The notes beneath the pieces are model-generated. The model was not told where the DNA came from. It saw only the letters and a list, made by a program, of their open reading frames with translations, and ran no database searches. Source: Ramazzottius varieornatus (lineage: Eukaryota > Animalia > Tardigrada). From it: 64,000 nt of DNA. Numbering within the stretch: position 1 is the stretch's first letter; each line of letters opens with the position of its first letter. The stretch lies in the NCBI GenBank assembly GCA_001949185.1, contig BDGG01000023.1, positions 1 through 64,000 on the forward strand, written 5' to 3'. The translations under genes and the position numbers were made by a program. Of the stretch, positions 51,249 through 62,733 are shown piece by piece.

Positions 51249-52374
51249 TGTCTTCAAACAGGTTAGCGGGATATGACTGGGCTCAGATGTCCACTAACCT
51301 GCAACGGAAACACCCACAGAGCGGAGCAGAACAAAGGGAAGACTCTAGGGAAGAGTCAGCAGCAGAACAGACGGCGACAGAAGAGCCAGACGACAAAAGC
51401 GACGACAAGAGATAGACGACAAGAGCGATGAAGGTGATGATGGGACAAGTCGAGGCTTCCACAACAAGCCTGCAAGAAACAGACGGTTATCCAGCAGACG
51501 GTCCACCCTCCACCGTCAAAGGCTCGAACCAAGCACTTACTCGGTAAACAGAGGCAGAGGAATATAGGGGGGATACAGGCGACGAAGATAGCAAGGGATG
51601 TCAGAGAGCAAGAAGATCTCGTAACTTGCCGGCAATCTGATGCAATACACCACCAGCGCTAATCAATAATCAAAAACTTAACCAAACCTATCGGCGACAT
51701 AGCCTTGTTGCTTTGTTCGCTGAAAGCTGGAGTTTATTTAGCTGCTGATTCATAGAAAATTTTACACTATGGTCAAACCACACTGCTATTAGTGTTGCGG
51801 GTCCCTTATGTTACATTCATATCCAGGTTTCGAAGCATTTGGGTAATCTATGAGGTGTTAGAGGTCTTCTTGCCGGATGGTTCTGGTAAGTCGTGTGTCT
51901 CTTCCTGTGCCTCCTCCTCTTCCATCTTTCTTTCAGCGATTGTAGCGGGGGCATGTCAGGCAACGTTGAACCTGACTTGAGAGATCAATAGCTTCTCGTT
52001 GGGAGTTGCGCTGACTCCGTTAACATGTTTTTTCACGCTGCTGTATGCTGCTATGTACGTCTGACTATTGGTCGATGCAATCGAATTAGACAGTTCTCGA
52101 TCCTATCCATGTCCGGAACGGCCTGCCACCGGAGACAGAATGACGACGAACAGGACTAGCTAGTGCGCACACGCGCAGCCTGTACGCGTTGATGATTCAA
52201 CGCATTATTCGATCGGGGCGGGCATAGTCATGATGTAGAATGTCTTACGAGGGGATTTAGCCAATGCTCCAGTCTTATTTCACAAACTGAACCTTCTTCG
52301 TATGAGCTGTTTGTGCCTAGAATCCCCGATCCAAAAGTGCTGTCGAGCCAAGCAGCTGATCTCGATTAAAACAA

Positions 52375-53746
52375 ATGCGCCGTACGATTCTGGAGTAATG
52401 CCATCACAAAGAAGCGACGTAGTCTGTCAAGTGTTCAAGTCTTATTCAAGAAAGTTACCAGTGTTTGCGTCAGCTCAATGAATGGGAGCGGCAGGTAGAA
52501 GACGGTGGTTCGCGTATAGATAAGCTGAAGGCGTTACGACTGGAAACTGGAAGACAGTTCTTTCTTGCCAAGCAGAAGCCTCACGTAATGAAGGACATAG
52601 ACATCCGGCGATGGGCTGTCACCGCGAATCGCGAGATCGGCCTTCCTGGTTTTGTAGCGTCGTCATATTGGGTTAGCAGATTTAAGCGGTAAGTGCCATG
52701 TCGTGTTCTAATTTTATTTGGTGATAGGGACGCCTGAGTGAACCTTTTGTTTTCAGTATTCCTCAACGAATTAATTTGCGGTTTAGGTACTACGGTATCT
52801 GCGACCGCAAAATCACAAAGTTCGTGACAGAATAGTATCTGCAGGAAGAACCAGATAGAAAGAAGAGTGCCGACGAATGCGTTGCTCTCGTCAGATCAAG
52901 GGTTCAACCATATGGACGGGACTGCCTCTGGAACGCTGATCAGTCTGGATTCGAATACGAGATGAGGCCAGGTCAGACTTTGGATTTGGTGGGCGCAAAG
53001 CACGTTCTTGCTCTCACTCGGTCTGAAAATTCCATGACTCACTGTGATGACGTGTATCTCACCAGGTGCTCGAAAGTGTCTTCCCGTTCTTTTCATTACA
53101 CTGCAGGAAGATAAAGGTGTCTTCGGGCCGATCGTGAAAAGAACGATGTTTAGAGCTTCACGTTACCGCATCAACATCCGGCAAAATGACAAAGGAGCTT
53201 TTCGTCGAATGGTGGGAAAAGGTTTTCTTCCCACAAATGGACGGACATTGCTTGTTCCTGGCAGATTCTTGGCCGACGTTTGCCGATCAAGAAGCTGTAG
53301 AGGAAGTCAAGCTAGAGAAACTGGAGTGCGAGATGATCACGATTCCTCCTAAAGTCACCGGCCATATCCAGCCTCTAGATGTGCTGTGTTTTCGCATGTA
53401 CAAAGGATACTTTCGAAAGGTGTTAAATTGAATATTTCTGAACGATCAACCTGTACAGGTTCACCATCGGGACGTTATTCACAAGCTGCATTCGCTGATC
53501 TATCAGCAGTTCACTTCTCGTAGGTTTGAAAATCTCATCGCACTAGCCTGGCATTTGTCTGGATATATTGACAGGTCTTACAAGTACGTAAATCCTGCGG
53601 AATTTTGTTTTGATGGACTAGTTGGTCCTTGTGACCGTGTTGACTGTAACCGCTCGTTGCTGTTGAAGTGTGCCTGGTGTAAGGCTCCTTTGTGCTTCCA
53701 TCATTTTTACGAGAGATATCATTTCTGTAAAACGTATGTTCCTTAA
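52375..53746 (+). pseudogene. Tc4/Tc5-like (pogo-related) DD37D transposase relic with intron and C-terminal Cys/His finger
   Basis: CENP-B-type HTH (IRRWAV..FVASSYWVSRFKR), intron 52689-52786, LWNADQSGFEYE, FLADSW-(37 aa)-QPLD, C-terminal CDRVDC..CAWCKAPLCFHHF..HFC. Stops and frameshifts. Confidence 0.88.
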
Positions 53747-54862
53747 TGGTCTCTATCTTTACCATGTTCCGCCCAGATTCTGACGTCACTTCCGCTTCCT
53801 GTTGTGTCTTCCAGGATTTTTTTCTGCCGGCCTGGTCTATCCGAGTCGACAGAGAAAACTCTCCTCTACCTCTCTGTCGTTTCAGTTTGTGAAATAAGAC
53901 TGGAGCATTGGCTAAATCCCCTCGTTAGAATACACTCTGAAACAAGTGGCCGCAGAGACGAGACTGAGTATACTGTAGAATGCTGCCGCCGAGTGTCTTT
54001 GTCCACTCGACAACATCAGTTCTTGAAGAACTTCCTGTCGTTTCGTTGGAAAGTTTTCTTGAGCCAAATGAGTGGTGGATTCCGAAGAAGATGGCTGCAA
54101 AAGTTGTGGCTGAACGTTGCAGCCAGACATGCCCTGAATTACATAGGTAATTCTAGCAACTTCTGACATAACATGACATGACATGTCAAGACAACCTATC
54201 ATCAGGTTGTTACGTCTGCCCGACTTCGTTCGGCTTGTCAGAACACGTTCTAACGGGAACAAACTGACCGCAACTAAAGAACAGCTTAAGAACGAACAAG
54301 ATCGCATCGCGATTGAAATCAGACCGGAGTGAGAACGGCCGCGCACCTGGATCTCAGAACGGACTCGGGAAGTACAACTGTCGGATGCTTTCTGAGTCCG
54401 TTCCATCGTCATTTTGTGTCTCGACTCGGACCGGTCTTTGGTCCTTGGGAGCTCGGAACCGTCTGGCGCTAAAATACAGTAGGACCTAGTGACTAGGTAG
54501 CGCATTTCAACCAAGAAATGACTGGATGGCGTGGGTTGGAAACTAGAGGCTTGTAGTTTCATTCGCTACAGCAATGCCAGAGGCGGAGACTGATGCGAAG
54601 TGACATCAGTTCCAACATTCTTCTGAAGAGCTATCGGAATGGGGCAAAAGCGGTAAGGGCCGAAATGGGTGGTGCAAATAGTTAGTTGATGTCTGTTTAC
54701 GATTCTGTACTTTGAATGAACTATTATTTTGTCTACCGAACGCCGGCGAACGGTATTCAGTCTTTATTATGGGTCATAGATACCCATGGCCTTCCCAGGG
54801 AAAACAATCGTGGGTACAGAGTACAGTGCCGTCTGGGCGCGTCTGTGTACGTTACCGTATGT

Positions 54863-55292
54863 TAAGGATGCCCATTCCGTTCTCCGTTCCATTCCTGATT
54901 CCGCCTGGAAAATAGGAATTCCGCTCCGTTCCGGCCGAGCCCGATTTGGAACGCTGGAATTCTGATTCGGAATACAAGGATCTGGCCGGAATTCCGCTCA
55001 TCAAAATCCGTAGAAGCAGAGCAAACAAACTCGACAAAAATGAACTCGAAGTGGCGCACGTTGTCATTGTAACTGGCTAGATTCGTGCGCCACTTGGAAA
55101 CGATCTTGCTGAGCTTGTTAGACGGGCGTAAACCGAGCTCCAGACTGGTTTTTTGCTCCTTGAACTGCCGTATTGGGATTCCGATTTTTGACTGAGCCGT
55201 TTTTGGAAACGGAAAATAGGGAAATAGGAAAATTACGAATTCCTTTCCAAATTCCGTTCCAGGAAGCAAGTCAGGCGGAATGGGCATCCTTA
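54863..55292. mobile_element. MITE with 17-bp perfect TIR and ATTCC/GGAAT subterminal motifs (hAT-like terminus)
   Basis: taaggatgcccattccg ... cggaatgggcatcctta. No clear TSD. Confidence 0.75.
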
Positions 55293-57017
55293 CTTTCCCG
55301 TAACACAGATACTTTGATCTCAGGCAGACTTGTACAGCTGTAGGAGAATCTTGTGATGTTTTTTTTTTATCAGAAACTTAAAATGGTTAGGGGAGAAGGC
55401 TTTGAACGTTTTCGGTTTGCTATTTTTATCAGACAAGCCGACGCGTGAATCCGCAGACTCAAAGAACGAGCAAATGCAATCATCGTTCTTGCTGAATTTT
55501 CACAAAGACGTCTTGCTGGGTAACCCGGCTTGGCATTTAGCACTCAGTTCAAAGTTCGAAAAGTGGTCTAAGATTTGCTGACCGTTCCGATCACCCTGCA
55601 GCATCCTGAAGACATAGAATGTCGGACCAAACAATTATCCGGTACAGCAAAATCCGCGTTCGTGTCAATCGGCTGTTTCCCAAGTGCTCGCTCCTAGTTT
55701 CACGACGTTTGAATGATATCCAGGATGAAAGTGAGCAGGCATCAGTATCAAGGTGAGCGAGGAAAGGTGAAGGTGGTCGGTAGCCAGACATAACGGGAGC
55801 AGTCAGCTAGCGACGAAGTTTTATCGGGTGAGAATTCACAAGTCCCAAATTCTGCGCGTGCATCACCTACATAAATGCGCTCAGTTTTTATGCGCCGGTT
55901 GAGGAACGTGTACTATGACTACTCACTGCATTCCCGTGCCGTGTACAAGATACACTTCAGTCGTGGCTTCTGTAAGGACTCTTTTTTCTTGGGTTAGTTT
56001 GCATCCTCGTGTCTCCTGAGACCTGAACCCAAAGTCTAAATTCCGTAAATTACATTTCTAACTTATTTGAGTTATTTCTATTTCCATGGGGTATCGCATC
56101 GTGAAATACCGTTTGTCGCATAGGCCTTTTGATACCTATCGGCAGAGTGAAACAATAACACCTCTAATGTATTCACTGCATTAAAGGCTGCACCGCTTTA
56201 GCTTTCACCCTGCATTCCCTTCACACTGTAGTTGTTATTTGTAGAAGCCCAAATATTCAAAATACGGCATCTCCAGCATCGGCGCGGATAAACTGGGAAT
56301 AACATCACAAGATGCGCGAGTTTGCGAAGAAATTCAAAGACAAATTCTTGCATCTTTTTCAAAAAATCATTTCTTCTTCTGTGAGAGTACCAGGCGCCTC
56401 ATCTTTCAAGTATAGTGGCTAGAACAGATGGCTTTCTTTTGAATGCGTCTTCTGAAAAATAGCACTGTGAGGTGGTCTACGCCTTGAAACTTATTAAAAG
56501 CCCTATGTATTTTCAACATAAGCAGAATTCTGAGGCCGGTCGTGAGGAGGACTAATACGAGGGCGCGTTCACATCCAAGCTTTATTTTTTTTGCGTTGTA
56601 TGAAAGAAAAGAAAATTCTGAACATCGTTTGGGATGGTGCCGCATGAACTTTGTACTGTTCGGAAGAGATAACTGTCCATCGCGCACGGCGATTATTTTA
56701 TCGCCACTTTAATCAACATCGTAGTGACAGCAGATTCGGCTGTCCGAGCAGCGCTCTCGCAAAAACCAAACAAGCAGATAATGGCAGCAGGCAAACACCC
56801 TTCTATAATTAAGTGTCAATAAAGCCACTGAGCCAGAAAATGTCTTACGTCTCACCATTCCTTGTCTCCCCTTCAAACTCGATGCCTGCATCCCTTCGTC
56901 ACATGTGCCCGTTGGAGCCGAATGCATGGTCGGTCTGCCCTGGTGGGCCTGATTCCTTCTCGAAATCATTTGTCGGGACGGTGTTCGACTGAAAACTGGT
57001 TTTGTTTTTGCTTAACA

Positions 57018-57888
57018 ATGCCTAAGCGGAATAGAAGGAGGAAGGTTGCTTCGCGGACTGCCGACGAGGTCGAGCTCGCACACGAGGATTCTGCCTCTCT
57101 TCCTAGCACGAAAAATATTCCGTCCACATCGACTGACGAAGATTCCGTTCCGAGGGAAAACGGTGACGCGAAGATACCGGAATTCGTACCTGAGCCCGAT
57201 CGGGAGGAGACTGTACCATCTGAGTCTGAGTGCTGTTTATCGGAAGGAGGCCCAGAGTTTTCTGTACTCCCCGTGAAGAAGAGGAAGATGATGGAGAAAC
57301 GAAGCTGCAAAGCCAAGTCAGAAACGTCAAGCGAAAGCCGAAGGAAGGATGTTGTCAGTGAGAAACGTCGTTTGAGTGAATGTTCGCAAGTGGATGGAGA
57401 ACCAAAGGTGGACACCAACACGCGCGAGAGATGGAGACAACAATACGTCAACGAAGCCTTCGTAAGTACCCAGGTCAGTCGACCGACCGACCGACCGCAC
57501 TTCACCATTTCACTTTCATAATAACCAAAAACTTTGGTTTCCATGCTTGTAACGATTCTGTCGACGTTTTCAGCTCAAGCTTCGGAAACTGGTTCCCACG
57601 TACCCGATCGATAAAAAGCTGAGCAAGCACGAGATCTTACGCAAAGCCATTAAATACATTAAACTCCTGGAGGGAGTTCTTCGCCACTACGACGAAGAAG
57701 AGAGAAACAAGTCATTCTCGGCTTCTTCCGTGCCGAACCCATCCTTGATTTCCCAACAAGGAAGTTGTTCAGACAATGACGCTGCCGAGAACAACAACGC
57801 CCATTTGCATTGTCCGGTCGATGAATTCAGCGATAGCGAATGTTCGGAAGCCAGCTATCATTCGGATTCACTATCTTGTGTACAGTGA
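57018..57888 (+). CDS. TAL1: SCL/TAL1-family bHLH transcription factor, 2 exons (57018-57461, 57574-57888)
   Basis: TNTRERWRQQYVNEAF|LKLRKLVPTYPIDKKLSKHEILRKAIKYIKLL matches the SCL/TAL1/HLH3B bHLH ([39 protein letters not shown]). Phase-0 GT-AG intron. Confidence 0.9.
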
Positions 57889-59053
57889 AGTTAACTGGGA
57901 AAGTTCAAGTGGTCAATGACGATAAAAAATAATGGGCCATTTGGACACTTTAGGGGTCGCTATAACCGTTATCGTTACCGTTACGGTGTTATCTCTCGCC
58001 CGACGCCGGTGTTTGTGCTTTCGAGATCTATGCTGTGCTCTTGACATCTTCAAGGGTATATTGAAAGCGGAAGGCAACAATAGTCAATTTAACACCCAAC
58101 GCTGTCTATTTTTGCGCGTTGAACATCGACGTGTGACTTGATTGTTGTTTATTCTGTTGAGAGAGCCTTGTACCTTTGACGTAATCTACAAGAACTTCAT
58201 AAGAAAAGCCACCCATATTGCAGTTGTACAAAAGCTCTGCTCGAACTATTGAGCCACGTAACGAGTTACTTCTTGCGTCCATGTTTGGAAGCTGTGCCAG
58301 CCTGACATATGCATTATGCACAGCTCGTCGAAGATGAACGCTGACCGAATACCGTCATTCTGTGACTTTATACTCGGCCGGCAACCCAGTGCAATTAGAG
58401 GTCCCGGGCCCGCAGCTGTAAATCGGATTTTCAACAAATTTTTGGGAAACTTATGTTTTAGATACATATGTATGATGCGAGACGGCAGATGATTACGCAG
58501 TATGTCAAGGGACATTTGCACGGTAGAGGTAAAAGAACACCAGTGTGACCAGTGGTCCAACTGACCATTATCGCGCATCATCAGTCGACACAACGATACA
58601 GAAGATTTGCATGCAAGAAGGGGAAGTTTGGGACAGTAAAAAGTTTGGAACCAGGCGATTCCGAAAAGAACGTTAAAATCCCATGTTAACCAGCCAAGAC
58701 TGATAATCAAATAGTCAATGAAGCGATAGACGCTACAGCTGTGGCTAACTTAACAAACCCGGTATGCGGTGGCTAAGATAAGTAATTTACTCGCGTTATG
58801 AAGCAAGATTTATGTCGCTACCTAAAACCGGTTGTGCCAAAACTACCTCTGAGCGAGAATCTAGAATCGTGGGTCGCGACCTGAACGGGAACAAGCACCA
58901 GAGTTTGCAACGCAAAATCTGTTGTTTCGAGTATAATATGACACATGTGCCACAGGCAGCCAGTCTGCCACTGCAGCTGTCATACAATATGACTGCGATT
59001 TTCGAATTTTATTTCTCGCTCCTAGTTATACCATTGGTTTTCCCCATTACAAA

Positions 59054-60259
59054 GGGGATCCCAGATCGACTCTGACTGCTTTGCTGTTAATCTATCGGCT
59101 TCGTCTACTTAACTTGCAACGGCGGAAGGTGAAATTGAAGCGACTACAGGCATTGTCTCGTCCACCGCGTCAGCGGAAGGCACGAAGATGGTATGTCCGA
59201 CCCAGCAACCTGAACAGAGGAGAAACGAGAGAGTACATCAGAAGAGCAAAGACTTTTGAAACTGACCCAGAGTACTACAAGGAGTACTTCCGGATGACCG
59301 AACCACAGTTAAAACTGCTCTTGAAGCTGGTAACTCCATTGATACTGCATGATCCAACCCACATACAGCCTATCACTGCGGAAGAACGGCTTGTTTTGAC
59401 TTTGAGGTACCGTAATCATAAATATGAATATGGATACTTCACCACAACAGCCATAAATGTGTCAATAAAACAGTGCTCCCTAGGATTCTCGCTACCGGTA
59501 TCTCGCAGACTGCTGGTGCGCATTCATTCGCCATCTGCCAGACAACCGTCGGGAACATCTTCAAAGAAACTACCAAAGCAATTTACACGGCCTTGAAAGA
59601 TGCATATATCGGGGAACCCAGCAAAGACAGATGGCAGCAGAATACTGAAAGCTTTGAGGCCATGTGGAATTTTCCCAATTGTATAGGTGCAATCGACGGA
59701 AAGCATGTCCAGATCAATGTGCAAATTTTCTACGTACATTATAAATATTCGTCCTCCTTTACCAGACAACACGCATACTAATCTGCTGTTTGTCTTTTGT
59801 AGAAGCCGAAGAATGGAGGTAGCAAGTGGATTAACTATAAAGGGACACATTCAGTTGTTCTCATGGCTGTGGTGCACGCAGATTATACATTCGAGTACGT
59901 CGACGTGGGAGGTTTCGGTCGGCAAAGCGATGGTGGTACTTGGCAAAACTGTACTTTGGGTTGCGCTTCCAGTGATGGAGATTTGGTTCTGCCGACCGCA
60001 AGAAAGCCACCGCTGTGTGCCAAGAATTTGCCGTACGTATTTGTGGCAGACGCTGCATTCCCAATGTCAGAAAACTTACTGCGACCATATCCCGGATACG
60101 CATCATCTAGCCTTGCCAAACAAGAACGTATATTCAACTACAGGTTCGATAGTGTTCATTTTTTACAGATCCATAACCAGAATATGCCATAACCAGAATA
60201 GTACGCATGGCAGTGTTCCGTGGCAAGATAACATAATCTCTGGTTTGCTAAACAAGTGA
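59054..60259 (+). pseudogene. Harbinger (HARBI1-like, DDE_Tnp_4) transposase, internally deleted
   Basis: YKEYFRMT, ITAEERLVLTLR|ILATG, WNFPNCIGAIDGKHV, NYKGTHSVVLMAVV, YVDVGGFGRQSDGG, PYVFVADAAFPMSENLLRPYPG, ERIFNYR. Introns at about 59407-59483, 59719-59802 and from 60144. The LSRARR..ENAFG segment is absent; terminal GSVPWQ is retained. Confidence 0.88.
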
Positions 60260-60280
60260 CTTTACCAGGACTCTAATAAA

Positions 60281-61615
60281 CTAAAACACCATGAAAATTA
60301 ACAACACAGAACTGAAATCTTGGTTGGAAAGGGTCTCACTGGGACGGTGCTCCGTTGAGCTTCCGGGGTACTGCGCGACAATGACGGGAAAGCCAAAGCC
60401 AGTTGCCTGTTCGTACAGAAACAAAGCTATGGCTTGTTGGATTTTCTGCCGAAGAATTTTACGATCGTCTTCGCTCTGGTTCAGCAACGTGGCGGTGACA
60501 TACGAACCTGCAACAAGCCATTTAGTACTGTAAGCAATATCAGTAGCGCATCACAGTTACTTATAGTTTTTTAATAGAGCCTACCATATTGTGCTTCGGG
60601 GGAATCCGCCTTTGCTTCTATGATACCTAGAGCTTTCGTCAGTTCATCGGCTTGGCTGGCTAGCTTGCGCTCTTCGACCTCGCATTCATCCAGTTGTCGA
60701 GAACCTTGGCTTTCTTTGCTGCGTTTCTTTGACTTACTGCCGCTGGACAACGTGGAAGCTACAATGAAATTGACGTCGGTCACTTGACCCACTTCAAATG
60801 GTTTCCGCCAGAGAGCCTTCTCAAAAACCATAATTGGTCGCTCACCTGTCCACGAGCGAATCGACGGTGGATCCGGAATGTCGGCAATGTCAGGAAGGCT
60901 TCCGTCATACTCTTCGTCGTCGTTTCCGGTGATGCCTTGTTCATCATCAGTTGTGGCGTCCACCGAAGAAAAATCTTCACCAGCCCGAATAGCTGCCTTA
61001 GCTTTATCGAGAGTCGATACAGATCTGCAAAATACCCTTCATGATTACGTAACTTACATATAGAAAATTATACGGTCGAAGAGTGGACGTACTCGTTCGG
61101 AGTAATATAGTCCTTGACGAACAGCATGCTTTCCCAGTGCGGCCAGCTTTCAATGACCGCCTGTCTTCCAGCACCGCTGGCAGGATGCTCCTTCAGCTTC
61201 TTTCCAAAGTTCCGACGAAGATTGGTCCATAATTTCTTGACAGCATCGCCTGCGTAAAACGACATGTTCAGCTAGGGTTCAGCTAAATTAAAGAATTAAT
61301 AATGTTCATCGACTTTCACTGACCTGTCTTGTCCAGTTTCAATTCCTTAGCCATATCTTCCCAGATATCCAGTCGTTTGTCTTTACCTTTGTAGTAATCA
61401 ACATGTCCAGTATCATAGATCGCACTGTTCTTCTGCACAAGAGTGATCACGTTGGCGATGTCCTTGTCGCTCCATTCTTCTCTCATCGCTGCTTTGCATC
61501 GCGTCTTCCTGGGTGGCACATCAGCTGGTGTCGTCTTCTTTGCTGGTTTGGCTGTCCTAGGAGCTGCTCGTTTACCGCTAGCTGCCGTCGGTGGCTTCGA
61601 TCCTTGACTGCTCAT
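60281..61615 (-). CDS. MADF/Myb-SANT DNA-binding accessory protein of the Harbinger element (multi-exon)
   Basis: WSDKDIANVITLVQKNSAIYDTGHVDYY..RLDIWEDMAKEL..VKKLWTNLRRNF..SGAG..WPHWESMLFVKDY, an acidic linker and a BESS-like C-terminal helix. Confidence 0.85.
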
Positions 61616-62020
61616 GGTTGCGTAAAGAGGAGTTAGAAGCATCAACAGAGAGGCAAGATCGCCGCTACCGTAGACAACAGGATCGAAAACTTCCAAATAA
61701 AAATGGGAGAATTCATCACAGTTTTCGATATTTGGAGCCTGTCTCATCGGTCAATCAATACGGACCAAATCAACGCCAGCGACAATGATGTGGCCTTTGA
61801 GCTAAATCTTGCAAGCTCAAAGCTTTCTAATCGTATTCCACGCTTGTTCCAGTCAAAAAATCGCTTGTGCCAGAGCTCGCTCAAAGGGGTAATATACTTT
61901 TTCGATGGAACAAGGCTAGGTAGCGACCCAAGTATAATTAGACTTAGAGCCGGTTTTGGAACAAGGCTCGCTCAAAGCCTCCTGACGCGAGTAAATTACT
62001 GCCCTAAGTTTACAACCTTT

Positions 62021-62145
62021 ACCTCGTACGTGTGTAATTCACACCAGTGCAATATTTTACAATTTTCTACGGTTGAATGATCTATTTGCCGTCTTTTCCG
62101 CCTGTTTCGAACTTTTTACTGTTCCAAACTTTCCCTTGGCGCGTG
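62021..62145. mobile_element. MITE family C, partial inverted copy
   Basis: atttgccgtcttttccgcctg and ttccaaactttcccttggcgcgtg|TA; the other end is missing. Confidence 0.7.
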
Positions 62146-62733
62146 TACTGTATGAGTGGATTGATTACAGTCTTCCAAGGTTATGCTTCATGCTTCTGTT
62201 TTTCTTTCTACGGAATGAATTAGCTCGCCTCTGTTGAGTATATCTAGCGGTAACAATCGGACAAAGGAGTGAAGCTGACGCTCGGCAGAGCGAACGTTGA
62301 AAGTCTCGGTCGTTCTCCGTTCGCCGATCTCCTTTCGTCATTCAGCTAGTAATCAAGAATTATGTCAACGCCACTTTTGCAATATTCTACCGCAGACTGT
62401 ATCAGACTGTCCGATGAAAATTTACCCGCACTTTTCTGCCGTTCAACCATCAAAACAATGTGGCGAAGCATTGGGTAACCGAGCAGCGAATGTGAACGTT
62501 TCAACTGGTGCTCATTCGACTGTTTGGAATATAAAAAGTCGCTTATTAAAATCCGTTGACCACTTCTGATTATTCTTTTGGTCTCATTTCAGGGCTTTTT
62601 ATTTTTCTGACATTTTATTCTGTGCGGCACAATAGTAGTGGTTCGTGGGGTTAGTCTGTGCTTCCTTGTAATTCGGTAAACTCTCCAGCTGTCTGTTTCA
62701 CTGCCCACTGCAGGAATAAATATTCCCTCCATC

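Larger units (their letters stand above)
58777..62004. mobile_element. PIF/Harbinger DNA transposon with two convergent genes
   Basis: TAA TSD (58774-58776, 62005-62007). TIR core agtaatttactcgcgt / acgcgagtaaattact. Encodes a transposase (+) and a MADF/Myb protein (-). Confidence 0.92.

Noticed and set aside
51249-51699. Possible solo LTR (tgtc...gaca) truncating the third GPCR
   Set aside because: No matching 4-6 bp TSD, primer-binding site or second copy in the window, so it cannot be supported.
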